NCBI GenBank assembly: GCA_038871515.1
Contig: JAVZHX010000002.1
Span: 141,815 to 205,814 of the forward strand
Source of the DNA: Candidatus Micrarchaeia archaeon
GTDB taxonomy: Archaea > Micrarchaeota > Micrarchaeia > Burarchaeales > Fermentimicrarchaeaceae
Length of the DNA stretch: 64,000 nt
Direction: 5' to 3'
A program made the position numbers and the translations under genes. Position 1 is the stretch's first letter. Every line of letters begins with the position of its first letter. The notes beneath the pieces were generated by a model. It saw only the letters and a list, made by a program, of their open reading frames with translations. It did not search any database and was not told the origin of the DNA. Positions 47,601 through 56,567 of the stretch are shown one piece after another.

Positions 47601-47813
47601 CGCGCCGGTTATCCCAACTATGCAGATATGTGGGTTTGTTAAATACTGATAGGACCAGTTAAAAGGAACGTGAAATATTTTTGTTTTTCCAATGTAGATT
47701 GAGTTGGATGGGTCAAGCGCGATGAACTCTGCTGGCGGTTCAGGAGGCCTTACAAACAACGGCCTCTTTGCAAGCTCCTTGCTCATTATGGATTGAACGC
47801 GTATTTTTCCCAT
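44670..47813 (-). CDS. VirB4/TraC/CedB-like P-loop ATPase interrupted by an intein
   Basis: Extein: Walker A CIVGITGAGK|S split by the intein. After splicing SYFVKTFLSRAAFVWGSNAIIIDWAGEYRAWVKQAGGRII (cf. iDpkGEY...gG motif of VirB4/TraG ATPases). Walker B LRVLVVLDEAWKI (DEAW is the VirB4-type Walker B). Confidence 0.75.
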   Translation of the reverse strand: MGKIRVQSIMSKELAKRPLFVRPPEPPAEFIALDPSNSIYIGKTKIFHVPFNWSYQYLTNPHICIVGITGAGKSISPDEKVLVRVDGNEKLVRIGELVDSLIEQEGAEEIDGCTCVRNPNVEVYTFDSTLKAKWSRVVTAARKEAPEQMYKFTTSSGREVKTTGDHNIVVFRDGYIRVVKSSEVQPGDFVPTPRSINSNSNLDELNLLDLLGESKLYVTGLNFVRFSWEKIESNLPIDEQYDKYIRFYKHGRAVPLRYFRKLLRTSPLEKEEMKKLRIRARNGRINLPAILPITPELARLLGFITAEGNTAKDFIHVSNCNKEFLAEVERCASSVGSSSFRVRKGVRIASEPFIQLIKSLLLHKKSGERAVPSFIFSCSRKIISEYLRGYFEGDGSVEHHAVCATTKSRELANDLLYLLLKFGVNARVHSHWKRATNSSHSGSYYYRITISGKKNLEKFAEIGFAFKTKNEKLAKLLAKTKAHSNVDLIPEIGSVVNRLVKNGVLRRTQMTYSIAAGLRTPSREYLAGMLNEVESNFAGYAPQLSHQLSLDESEPTIWDDVEFLKLLSNSDIVWDRISNIEKINSNSPYVYDLEVDEEVFLAGFGGVFVHNSYFVKTFLSRAAFVWGSNAIIIDWAGEYRAWVKQAGGRIIALGKGDFINLMDLGGMKPLDRVKQIIRTLEILTDIGQYPEQKRLTEEALEETYKEAGFKLNEVEQKGADGKPLTPPTLKDVVKILEDKLKSGTYEFPAELENAIYRLRNFCRPGEDYFAQQSTVKLEELTEVGLVDVDMSGLPDEVMRGLAGLFILQFLKEKMRAAGWAATKGLRVLVVLDEAWKIAKDERSDAIMIVREGRKYNFGLIVASQNPTDIHEAIFSNVGTNFILRVKFQKFLDYIQGSLNFSDYMREEISKFGVGQCAVNMAFQTSTKFPETFLLERVHGEEPLEEYFLDVESILTQAQLADETIPKNYSFEKNELKNKLTEFGMDDIKASELINIFSKGNKHMDILEFVKFLDKNDLARSNITSFLKVIGMEDAMIIDIFNRIDSGG
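45981..47594 (-). other. intein (about 538 aa) with LAGLIDADG homing-endonuclease domain inserted in the ATPase P-loop
   Basis: Block A S-ISPDEKVLVRVDGNEKLVRIGELVD right after GAGK. Block B VKTTGDHNIVV (TxxH). Two LAGLIDADG-type motifs LLGFITAEGNT and YLRGYFEGDGSV. Blocks F/G VYDLEVDEEVFLAGFGGVFVHN followed by +1 Ser that completes the Walker A (GAGK-S). Confidence 0.7.
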
Positions 47814-47822
47814 AAATATAAA

Positions 47823-48662
47823 TTATATTGCTCCCTTTAAATCTTTAGGTGTTGGCGGGAATGCAACCTCCCATTCAAAGCATCTTTTCATATCCTCTCC
47901 TGTGAGAGTTGTTATCTCTATATTCAGCGTGTTTGAGAAGTTCGCTTTGAGTTCATTTGCCTGTGCTTTTACAGTTGCTATTGCAGCTTCTGGGCTTACA
48001 CCAAGCGCGGTGGTTGTTATGTACATAATTGTTCCCATAGGCTTCTCTCCGGATGATAATCTGGCGAGCATCTCGTTCTGCCTTGCAACTTCCCTCTCCC
48101 ATTTGTCTATCATTATTGGGTCAGGGCGCGGTTTCTCCCTCTCCCTCCCGAGCCTCAGCTGTGCTGCAGCTCTTTTTGTTTCAATATCCTCCCTGAATTT
48201 AAGAATGTCTTCTATGTATGTCATTATGCAAAACTTAAATGGGAATTTTATGCTTGCAACTGCCCTCTCCCATAGATCCATATAGGAAGCCTGCTCCTCC
48301 TGAACGCCAACAGCTGCGGATTCATAGAACCTGGCGTAGAGGAACATTGTTGCGTAATACAAACCACCAACGTTTTTTATAATCACATCCTGCGAAGGAG
48401 GTATTTCAAACCCACCTGCACGTATTTCGGTTACCTTTAAAATTTTTGTTATTAACGGTAGAACCATAAAGCCAACTTTGTAGATTAAAACATCCAGCAC
48501 TGCGAAGAATATGCTGGCAAGCACTGCGATAATTCTGAAATCGCCTAAACCAGGTGAGGTTAAGCCAATCATCAAACATAGGAAGCAGATTCCGAGCGCT
48601 AGAGCTGTGAAAGTCTTTTCGTTCATTCCTATTGGGATTCCTCCAACTGGCATTTCAATCAC
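47823..48662 (-). CDS. membrane protein, family B (2 TM + soluble domain), paralog 1
   Basis: Two N-terminal TM helices then conserved domain (MFLYARFYES...MDLWERAV...TGEDMKRCFEWEV). Clear paralog of the next gene. Confidence 0.5.
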   Translation of the reverse strand: MIEMPVGGIPIGMNEKTFTALALGICFLCLMIGLTSPGLGDFRIIAVLASIFFAVLDVLIYKVGFMVLPLITKILKVTEIRAGGFEIPPSQDVIIKNVGGLYYATMFLYARFYESAAVGVQEEQASYMDLWERAVASIKFPFKFCIMTYIEDILKFREDIETKRAAAQLRLGREREKPRPDPIMIDKWEREVARQNEMLARLSSGEKPMGTIMYITTTALGVSPEAAIATVKAQANELKANFSNTLNIEITTLTGEDMKRCFEWEVAFPPTPKDLKGAI

Positions 48663-49630
48663 ACCGATGGAGCTTCCTCCCTTATTAGGGGTGGCGCCAC
48701 ATACTCAACCTCAAAACATCTCTTCATATCCTCTCCAGTAAGAACTGCAACCTCGGCGTTTAGCGTTGTTGCAATTGTTGATTTTATCTCGTTTGCCTGG
48801 TTCTTCACAGTTGCAAGTGCCATTTCTGGTGTAGGGCCGGAAGCAGTTGTCATAACATACGTCATCTGCGCGATTGGGTTTTCCCCTGTTGATAGTTTTG
48901 AGAGCAAGTTATCCCACATCGCAACTTCTCTCTCAAGCGTTTCAATTTTCTGCTTATCTTCCTGGGGCTTTCCTCTCTCATCTGCAAGCTTCAGCTGAGC
49001 CTCTGCTTTTTTGTTCTCAACTATCGCTCTGTATTTTGATAAATCCTTAACATAGGAGATTAAAACGAATTTTGTAACCAGCTTCATGCTTGAAACTGCT
49101 CTCTCCCAAAGCTCCATAAAAGCAAACTTCTCCTCCTCACTTTTCTCTGTTGTTGATTCGTATATTTTAACTTGCAGAAACATGGATGCATAATACGTGT
49201 TGCCAATTTTTTTGATAACTGCGTCCTGTGTTGGTGTTATCTCATATGGCTCCTCAATTACATCTATCACCCTAACCTTTTTTGTTAAGAGAGGAACAAT
49301 CCAGTAACCATATTTGAATGTTATAAGCCCAACTGTTGATAGGGCAGCTGCAAGCGCTACAACAATTGGGGTGAGCCCACCGAATAAAGCACCACCTACA
49401 AATACTAGCACTACTAATGCTCCTGAAACGGCAAAGCAGATTAGTGCGATGTTTCTCTCAGCTGGCATAACACCACTTACAGAAGCCTTACTATTCCCTG
49501 CCCTATCTCGGTTATGTCTGCACCGAGTAATGGGGAGATTGTTCTTATAAATGTGAATGTCACAATGAGAACGAGCATTGGGTAATAGAATATTTTTAAC
49601 CAGACAGAGGATAACCAGCCCAGTATCCAT
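48659..49630 (-). CDS. membrane protein, family B, paralog 2
   Basis: Shares MFLQVKIYES...MELWERAV...TGEDMKRCFEVEY with the previous gene. Probable start at MPAERN (about 49468) directly after the upstream stop. Confidence 0.5.
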   Translation of the reverse strand: MDTGLVILCLVKNILLPNARSHCDIHIYKNNLPITRCRHNRDRAGNSKASVSGVMPAERNIALICFAVSGALVVLVFVGGALFGGLTPIVVALAAALSTVGLITFKYGYWIVPLLTKKVRVIDVIEEPYEITPTQDAVIKKIGNTYYASMFLQVKIYESTTEKSEEEKFAFMELWERAVSSMKLVTKFVLISYVKDLSKYRAIVENKKAEAQLKLADERGKPQEDKQKIETLEREVAMWDNLLSKLSTGENPIAQMTYVMTTASGPTPEMALATVKNQANEIKSTIATTLNAEVAVLTGEDMKRCFEVEYVAPPLIREEAPSV

Positions 49631-50481
49631 GCAGAAGCAGCTCTCAGCTGGGGTGAGAGAGCTCTTTCGGTTGCAACATCAGATGCGCTTTCAAAATCGC
49701 TTTTGCATGCGCCAAACTCATCAAGATTGAACCCACCAATGCTGTTTCCAAGTTCATTTGCTTTATTTCTAACTTCAGATGGGTTTTCTGACATCATGGC
49801 AACAAACGTGAACATAATTGGATAGACGATTGACAACCCTATTCCAATTGCAATGAGCAAACCACCTGCACCTCTTGTCCATGGGAATATTCTCAATAAT
49901 ACTCCTGCGGGTATGAAAACTGTGAAGCCGGTGTTGTAGAAAAGGTGTATGAGAGCTCTCTGAAAAGCTGTGAGGATGGCTGCCATAGTCACAACATACG
50001 CTTGGAAGTGGAAGTGCTCGCTTACTGGTGATAGAATTAGCTCGAAGGGAGAGAAGTCTAACCCAGCTGCATTGAAGTAAAATGTGAATGTTGTGAGAAA
50101 CTCTATGATGAAGTTTATTCTGTAAACGTTGATATATATTGAATAAAGCGAGCTCATAACCCCGTCTAAGTAAACATATGCTTTTTTGTACGGGTTCATC
50201 CCACCGATCATTGTCTGAAATCCTTCGTTCAGCATGACATCCATCATAAAGATTAAACCACCAACAATCACTGCGCTTGCCAGCGCTTGATAAAATTCTG
50301 ATTTTGCCCATTTTCTCAATCCATCCAAATTCAGGGCAATGCCAAGCATATAAGCTAATGCGACAACAAGGAAAGCGGTTACAACTGCAGTTAATGCAAC
50401 TGGCTGCCAAACATTCCAAACTCCTTCAACTGCAACTGGAGTTGCACCCCAGGGTTCCGTCCACCAAATTATCTGCATCAT
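49477..50481 (-). CDS. polytopic membrane protein, family A paralog (334 aa)
   Basis: N-terminal LAYMLG...WAKSEFYQALASA motif. Core LLRIFPWTRGAGGLLIAIGIGLSIVYP. C-terminal GADITEIGQGIVRLL. Confidence 0.55.
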   Translation of the reverse strand: MMQIIWWTEPWGATPVAVEGVWNVWQPVALTAVVTAFLVVALAYMLGIALNLDGLRKWAKSEFYQALASAVIVGGLIFMMDVMLNEGFQTMIGGMNPYKKAYVYLDGVMSSLYSIYINVYRINFIIEFLTTFTFYFNAAGLDFSPFELILSPVSEHFHFQAYVVTMAAILTAFQRALIHLFYNTGFTVFIPAGVLLRIFPWTRGAGGLLIAIGIGLSIVYPIMFTFVAMMSENPSEVRNKANELGNSIGGFNLDEFGACKSDFESASDVATERALSPQLRAASAWILGWLSSVWLKIFYYPMLVLIVTFTFIRTISPLLGADITEIGQGIVRLL

Positions 50482-50489
50482 TTTTTCAC

Positions 50490-51521
50490 CTATATCAATC
50501 TTGTGAGGTTGCTCACATCTACCTCCTCACCCAACGCATACGAAAGTCCTTTCACAAAAGATATTAAGATCATGAACATAACAAGTGGCATAAAGATTGC
50601 ACCAACAATTGTTTTTCCTATGAAGCCAACGAAGAACTCGGAAAGGGGATTACCTGTGAACCAGCTTGGGTCGGTTGGACTGAGACCTGATTCCTTGAAT
50701 GAGTCTGACATACCTTCATAGCTCATCTGCACATCTCCGAGCACTGCGCCGTAGAAGAGAACTGCAAGAAGAGGGTAAAAGAAAAAGAAGCCAATTGCTA
50801 ATGCTATCAAACCTCCTCCAAACCCTCTTGTTGCACCAAAAGATCTTAGAAGAACACCTATTGGGAAGAGGATGACGAATAAGCTTTCCATCATTTTCAG
50901 CAGAACCATCTGGGTTAGCACCATTATTGCTGATGTCATGAGAACAATCATTGCCATGGTGAGGCTGCTTGATATGTCGCTGAAAACCGCCAGCGGGCTG
51001 ATCATCACGCCGACTCCTCCAGGTGCTTTTCCAATCGTCATTGTTGCAACGGACGACATAACTGCATTCAACCCAGCTACTGTCACGTAGCCAGTCATTA
51101 TTGTTGAGTAGAAGTCACTCAAATAACCGAATGCAACGTTTATCATGTTGCAGTTATCCCCTGTACAGCCCGTGTCTATCCCCAAAGTGTTCAAATCAAG
51201 CGAGCAGAGGAAGGAAACAAACCCAATTACAAAAATAGTTATTGCCATAGCGAGTATTGCCTCCTCCATCTGCTCCTTTGCCCACAGCGTAACTTTTCGG
51301 TGAACAAGCACGTGCCCCAACGTATAAACAAACGCTGCAACTAGGAAAACAGTTGAGGCAGCAAGGATGGATAAACTCTGCCAATTCCCCCAGTAGGTTT
51401 CGAACTCGGAGCTCACTGCTCCTGAACTGCATGCTGGCTTTACTGTTAATGTCCCTCCAGTAGCGGTACAGCCAAACCACATCAGCGAGAGCAGTAACAA
51501 ACCAATTATGTATTTTTTCAT
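50490..51521 (-). CDS. polytopic membrane protein, family A paralog (343 aa) with signal peptide
   Basis: WAKEQMEEA, LLRSFGATRGFGGGLIALAIGFFFFYP, C-terminal EEVDVSNLTRLI. Confidence 0.55.
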   Translation of the reverse strand: MKKYIIGLLLLSLMWFGCTATGGTLTVKPACSSGAVSSEFETYWGNWQSLSILAASTVFLVAAFVYTLGHVLVHRKVTLWAKEQMEEAILAMAITIFVIGFVSFLCSLDLNTLGIDTGCTGDNCNMINVAFGYLSDFYSTIMTGYVTVAGLNAVMSSVATMTIGKAPGGVGVMISPLAVFSDISSSLTMAMIVLMTSAIMVLTQMVLLKMMESLFVILFPIGVLLRSFGATRGFGGGLIALAIGFFFFYPLLAVLFYGAVLGDVQMSYEGMSDSFKESGLSPTDPSWFTGNPLSEFFVGFIGKTIVGAIFMPLVMFMILISFVKGLSYALGEEVDVSNLTRLI

Positions 51522-52450
51522 ATCAACCCACTCAGTCCACCTAAATCTATTTCGGCACCGAATATTTTTGCAAGCTCATTTATCAACACCAATGTGACTA
51601 TGAGGTTGAACATTGGCATGAATATAACAAATATGAATAAATAAAGAATTGCTGGATAGGCAACAAACTTTATAAGAGAGAGGAACATATTCCCACCAAA
51701 GTCAGGTGTGTTTGTTGTGCAGCTCATAGGATCATCACGACAGCTGCTTCCCAACCCAAGCGCATTGGCGAAGTTACGAGCACCTCCGACAAGTGCCAAT
51801 GGTTTTATTGTTTCGTCGTATATTGCCTTGTCAAACACCCAGAGGAAGGGATAGAAAATGTAGAAACCAAGGAAAACTGCTATGATTGCGCCTCCTGCAG
51901 GTCTGCTGAATGGAAATGCTCTGAGTGCTATTCCTATTGGAAGGAGGATTTGGAACTGTGTTTTTATGAATGTGAGAAAGGAACCCTGGCCGAGCAGAAG
52001 CCCAATCCCACCGAGCACTGCTTCCATTCCAAGCGACAGCATTGAGGTGACTGGAGCCAAACCAACAAATGGGTTTATGTTGAAACCTGTTTGAGTGGGC
52101 ATTGCTTTGAAGACAAGACTCTGTAGCATCCCAAAAAATGCATCCATCTCAACAATTGCAATGAAGAAACTCATCATCGAAGTGGTGAGCATGCTTATGT
52201 AATTTGATACAATTCCAAATGGATCCGCTCCATATAGACTTACCATAGTAGCGTCAATTGTTGATATAAAGGAGAGAAGCAGAACTGCAAGCAAACCACT
52301 GGCTATTGCTTGGTAAAGCTCATCCTTTGCCCAAGCCTGAAGCTTTGGCAGATGGAAGCCCATCCCAACCATATAAGCAAGCGCAACAAAACCAAACATC
52401 AGTGAGATAACCGCAAAGGTTATTCCATACCATTCAGCCCAGCTTACCAT
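51518..52450 (-). CDS. polytopic membrane protein, family A paralog (310 aa)
   Basis: WAKDELYQAIASG, ALRAFPFSRPAGGAIIAVFLGFYIFYP, C-terminal GAEIDLGGLSGLI. Confidence 0.55.
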   Translation of the reverse strand: MVSWAEWYGITFAVISLMFGFVALAYMVGMGFHLPKLQAWAKDELYQAIASGLLAVLLLSFISTIDATMVSLYGADPFGIVSNYISMLTTSMMSFFIAIVEMDAFFGMLQSLVFKAMPTQTGFNINPFVGLAPVTSMLSLGMEAVLGGIGLLLGQGSFLTFIKTQFQILLPIGIALRAFPFSRPAGGAIIAVFLGFYIFYPFLWVFDKAIYDETIKPLALVGGARNFANALGLGSSCRDDPMSCTTNTPDFGGNMFLSLIKFVAYPAILYLFIFVIFMPMFNLIVTLVLINELAKIFGAEIDLGGLSGLI

Positions 52451-52458
52451 TTTTTCAC

Positions 52459-53634
52459 CTACAATATTCTTGTAAGACCGGCAATTTCAACATCTCCTCC
52501 AAGCTGCGGGGAGAGAACTTTGATGAACGAAATTGTGACAAGAATTATAAGCAGTGGCAGGAATGTGCCTGGCACCATGAGGTAACCTACTGTTGGGAGA
52601 ACGCCATTGTAAGGAGTCATCATCCCCGCGTATACGTCTGAGCCGTATCCGCCACACAAATGTTTGCTCTCTCCACTTTCAACGATTGTTGTGCAAGAGG
52701 AACCAGGGCAGTCTGCATTACTAACGCACCCATTTTTGAAAAGGAATGATGGATCCCAGTAGTTTGCAACTGCTTGAGGAAGCCCTGGGATTACGTAAAC
52801 TACTAAACCTGCTACTCCAGTGCAGAAGGGTCTGGTTCCATCTCCTTCAGGAAGAAAGTTGCCAGTGCAAGCCCACGTGTTTGGGTCGTTACCTGTGTAA
52901 TAGAAAGTGTGCGCATTGAAAGTGAAGTAGCTTTCAAGCATCACGTAAAGTAATGGGTAGATTGTGTAAAGAGCAAGCGCTATTGCTATAAGTAAACCGC
53001 CAACTCTCCTTGAGAAAAAGAAAGTTCTCAAGATGATACCCATCGCAAGCAAGCTTGGGAAGAGGGCTTGCTTTATGAAAGTTAACATGTACCACTGTGC
53101 TATGATGCTTGAGAGCATTGGAAGCAGAACTGAGAAAGTGTATTCAAGCGAGTCAAGCACCATACTTCCCCCTTTCCAAAGATACCATGAGAAACCGAAT
53201 GCGGTTCTGCATTGCCCTATGATGCACAAACCACCTTCTGGGCCAACAGTGAAATCATAGAATTTTCCCATATTTGTTATCATACCCACTCTTATACTCA
53301 AATTGAATATGTGCTCAACTTGCTTTGTTACATTTAGTTTCAGTTTGTTGAGTATTCCAATTGCAACATCAACATGGTCTTGCCCAGGAGTGCATTTTCC
53401 AGTAACAGTACAGGAGAAGTTGGCGATTGCAGTTACTATTATAATGGCTGCTCCAACAATAAATGCGCTTGCAAGTGCTTGGTAAAGCTCATCCTTTGCC
53501 CAAACTTCCAACCTGCGTATACCAAAAACGTGGGAGAGCGCATAGGCGAGAGCAGCAAAAAGAATGGAAAGCACTGCTGCAGCTACTGCAACTGACTGCC
53601 AACTGCTCCATAAAGTTGCAAATGCACTACTCAT
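52459..53634 (-). CDS. polytopic membrane protein, family A paralog (391 aa) with Cys-rich extracytoplasmic insert
   Basis: WAKDELYQALASA, ILRTFFFSRRVGGLLIAIALALYTIYP, insert NGCVSNADCPGSSCTTIVESGESKHLCGG, C-terminal GGDVEIAGLTRIL. Confidence 0.55.
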   Translation of the reverse strand: MSSAFATLWSSWQSVAVAAAVLSILFAALAYALSHVFGIRRLEVWAKDELYQALASAFIVGAAIIIVTAIANFSCTVTGKCTPGQDHVDVAIGILNKLKLNVTKQVEHIFNLSIRVGMITNMGKFYDFTVGPEGGLCIIGQCRTAFGFSWYLWKGGSMVLDSLEYTFSVLLPMLSSIIAQWYMLTFIKQALFPSLLAMGIILRTFFFSRRVGGLLIAIALALYTIYPLLYVMLESYFTFNAHTFYYTGNDPNTWACTGNFLPEGDGTRPFCTGVAGLVVYVIPGLPQAVANYWDPSFLFKNGCVSNADCPGSSCTTIVESGESKHLCGGYGSDVYAGMMTPYNGVLPTVGYLMVPGTFLPLLIILVTISFIKVLSPQLGGDVEIAGLTRIL

Positions 53635-55526
53635 TGAAATACCTCTTCAAAATTCTGGCTTAAAATCCTTGCTGCATTCTTTACGAACGTGAGAGTTATA
53701 ACTAAATTTAGAGTTGGGAGGAATACTGCTTGTGGGATGAGAAAAGCTGCCTCCTTCATAAGGTGGTACAATGCTATCAGTGCAAGCGGTATAAATGGTG
53801 AAACTACGCCCGTGAGGAAGGATGGGACAAACGCTTCAACAAGAGGTAGTGAAATTTGGGGTATCACGGTGTCAACAATCATCTTATTCATAACAAAACA
53901 GAGCGGATACACAATATACAAACCAAGCGCTAGAGCGATAAGCATTGCACCTGCTTTTCTTAGGAATGGAAATATTCTGAACAGAATCCCAAGCGGGAGC
54001 ATTATTCTGAAAGCAAATGCTTGTATAATTGATAAACCTATATCTTGAACCATAAGGCTTGCTGAAATGCCCGCAAAGAAAGAGTAGATGTAGTCAAAAC
54101 AAACTGCAACTGCTCTCAAACCTGCGTTTGGCATGAAACCAGTTCCAAGTCCTCCTGGCCCAACCATCATCTTATAACCCGCAACCATCTGGCAGATGAT
54201 GCTGTACTGGAAAGCAGTTGTTGCGAGGTTGAGTGTTTTATCCCATACCAAACCATTGAGGTAGGTATGGGCTATATTGAATGGGTCATCTCCTGCCAGA
54301 GTTATGAAAACATTGCAAATAACGCTGAGCACAAGTATTAACAGTATCATAATCGCAACAGAGATTATTATTTGGTAAAATTCGTCCTTCACCCAAACTT
54401 CCCACTCTTTCTTCACAAGTATTTTTGACACCATATACACAACTGCAAGCAAAAGCAGAATTGTTCCCAACCCCATAAACGCAAGGTAGATCCACCCCCC
54501 GCTCCACCACTCATCGCTGATGCAGCAGGGGGGGTAAGGTGGTGTTGGAGGGCATGCGATGCTTGTTGAAGGAGGGGCTGCCGGTGCAACAACCGTATAT
54601 GTAACAGAGACGCTTCTGACATTCCCCTGGCTGTCTGTTGCTGTCACTACCATTGTGTGGGTACCGACAGAGGTGGAGTAACCTGTATGAGAGACGGTTG
54701 GGTTCGGATCGCAGTTATCCGTTGCTGAGTAGGATGGGAGAGGCACCATACCTGCCATATATGTTGCACCATCTGTAGGGGAGAGTATAGTTATTGTTGG
54801 AGCCTGAGAGTCTTGGGATTGAATTTCAAGTTTATACGTCACTCCTGTTGGGTTCTGCGTGAGAGTTGGGTCGTCTGGTTCATCCAAATCATAATTTCTT
54901 ACCAGGATGTCCAGTTCATTCTGTCCGTCATGTATGAAATTTTTGACATCAAATGTGTAGATTGTTGTCCAGGGTTGGTCTCCGGGTCCCCAGGTGGCAA
55001 CTCCGGTTATTTCATCAACAGTCGCGACTAATGCACCGTTTATTCTTATCTGAAATGCATCATCTCCAGTTATTTTCAAAGTTGCAGATGTTACGGAGCA
55101 GACATCAAAACATTTCTTGAACTCCCTCCACGTATCTCTGTGGAAGTCAAGGGAGTTGTTGTATTCATATGATATCCAATGTATTGTTGGGTCGTTGTCG
55201 ATATGAGGCCTTGTTGCTTCGGTATCACAAGCGGCAACAACCGCATCCTTCCACGGAGTCCAAGTTGATGGGTCGGACACATTTTGATTGTCAAGCTCCT
55301 CAGCATGTCTCACTATATCTTTAGTATCACTTACCATCGCAGCTGAAGGAAGGCGCATATCCGCAACTCTACATGTTCCAACTCCACCACCACCGCCTCC
55401 TCCTCCACCACCGCCATTTGCAGCTATCCAGGAGAAAACAGGTGTTTGCATTAAAAGTAATACAAGAAGGCATTTCCAATAACTTACTCTGAATGCTCCC
55501 CCCAAGTATTTTTTTCTGAGTTTCAT
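53631..55526 (-). CDS. family A paralog (631 aa) fused to N-terminal secreted Ig-like module via Gly11 and Pro-rich linkers
   Basis: Signal peptide, GGGGGGGGGGG, Ig/HYR-like segment (DNCDPNPTVSHTGYSTSVGTHTMVVTATDSQGNV), Pro-rich APAAPPSTSIACPPTPPYPPCC, then WVKDEFYQIIISVA and ILFRIFPFLRKAGAMLIALALGLYIVYP core. Confidence 0.55.
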   Translation of the reverse strand: MKLRKKYLGGAFRVSYWKCLLVLLLMQTPVFSWIAANGGGGGGGGGGGVGTCRVADMRLPSAAMVSDTKDIVRHAEELDNQNVSDPSTWTPWKDAVVAACDTEATRPHIDNDPTIHWISYEYNNSLDFHRDTWREFKKCFDVCSVTSATLKITGDDAFQIRINGALVATVDEITGVATWGPGDQPWTTIYTFDVKNFIHDGQNELDILVRNYDLDEPDDPTLTQNPTGVTYKLEIQSQDSQAPTITILSPTDGATYMAGMVPLPSYSATDNCDPNPTVSHTGYSTSVGTHTMVVTATDSQGNVRSVSVTYTVVAPAAPPSTSIACPPTPPYPPCCISDEWWSGGWIYLAFMGLGTILLLLAVVYMVSKILVKKEWEVWVKDEFYQIIISVAIMILLILVLSVICNVFITLAGDDPFNIAHTYLNGLVWDKTLNLATTAFQYSIICQMVAGYKMMVGPGGLGTGFMPNAGLRAVAVCFDYIYSFFAGISASLMVQDIGLSIIQAFAFRIMLPLGILFRIFPFLRKAGAMLIALALGLYIVYPLCFVMNKMIVDTVIPQISLPLVEAFVPSFLTGVVSPFIPLALIALYHLMKEAAFLIPQAVFLPTLNLVITLTFVKNAARILSQNFEEVFQ

Positions 55527-56503
55527 ACCAATCTAGCCAGCCCAAACAAATCCGGATCCCCTCCAAGCGCACCTGCAAGGGAACGGATTGATGATAGAGT
55601 GATTATAACAACTATCACGAATAATGCTGAGATTATCACAAAGTTTTGCATGAGCGCAGTTATTAGATTGATTATAGAGGTAATATCCCAAGAGACAGCT
55701 CCAAAAGTTGCGTTTCCTGCGAAATCAAATACGTTGCCCGGGTCTCCCGGTGCAGTAACTGCTCTGTAGCCTAAGTAAACATTCCAGCTATAGATTATTG
55801 CAAGTGGGTATATAATGTAAGCACCAATTGCAATTGCAATTATTGTCCCACCAGCAACTCTTGTTGTTGGGAATGTTCTCATCAAAACTCCAAGAGGAAG
55901 GAAATACTTCAGCATTGTGTATCTGAAGAAATCAAGAAGCACCTGCTCTGCTAGAAGCACAGCAAGCATTGCGGATATAACATTGAAAACAGTGTTTATT
56001 CCAGTTGTCACTGGTCCAAGCCCAGCCCAAGGTGAAACAAACGAGCCGAAGCGAATGGTAACGATTGTTGGGAGAGGAGGCGGTAGAATTGGTATCGGGA
56101 TGAAAAAACTGAACATAAGAGTTGAAATGGCGCTTATTAGGAAGTTTGCAAGGAAAATTGAGAGCCATATGCTCATTGTCTCAAGCAGCATCATATCGAG
56201 AGCATTATGCGCCACCTCAAATGGGTTGCCTCCCGCCAGGTTTATTGAAATTCCAAAAAGAATGTTAACAAGTAGGATAAGAACACCGACAATCACTCCA
56301 CTTATGAATATCTCATACATCTCCGTCTTCGCCCACTCCTCAAGCTCCCTGTAGTGAAACCCAATTGCAACAGCATAAGCTAAACCAATTATTCCAAAAG
56401 AAACAGCCAATGCAGTTAAAGCAGTTGTCTCCCACCCACCTAGGAATATGCCACCGCTTAACTGTGCTTGAGTTATCTGAAGAATTGCCAAAGGGAGAGG
56501 CAT
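55523..56503 (-). CDS. polytopic membrane protein, family A paralog (326 aa)
   Basis: WAKTEMYEIFISG, VLMRTFPTTRVAGGTIIAIAIGAYIIYP, C-terminal GGDPDLFGLARLV. Confidence 0.55.
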   Translation of the reverse strand: MPLPLAILQITQAQLSGGIFLGGWETTALTALAVSFGIIGLAYAVAIGFHYRELEEWAKTEMYEIFISGVIVGVLILLVNILFGISINLAGGNPFEVAHNALDMMLLETMSIWLSIFLANFLISAISTLMFSFFIPIPILPPPLPTIVTIRFGSFVSPWAGLGPVTTGINTVFNVISAMLAVLLAEQVLLDFFRYTMLKYFLPLGVLMRTFPTTRVAGGTIIAIAIGAYIIYPLAIIYSWNVYLGYRAVTAPGDPGNVFDFAGNATFGAVSWDITSIINLITALMQNFVIISALFVIVVIITLSSIRSLAGALGGDPDLFGLARLV

Positions 56504-56567
56504 ATTATCTATTTTGTGATCTGGTTGTTTTTAAAACTAACTGAAAGTTGAAAAAAGAAAAAGGAGT

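Noticed and set aside
49775-50419. Minus-strand 214-aa ORF in alternate frame of the 334-aa membrane gene
   Set aside because: Same-strand, out-of-frame overlap with a gene that has a clear paralogous family. Cys/Arg-rich translation typical of off-frame reading.
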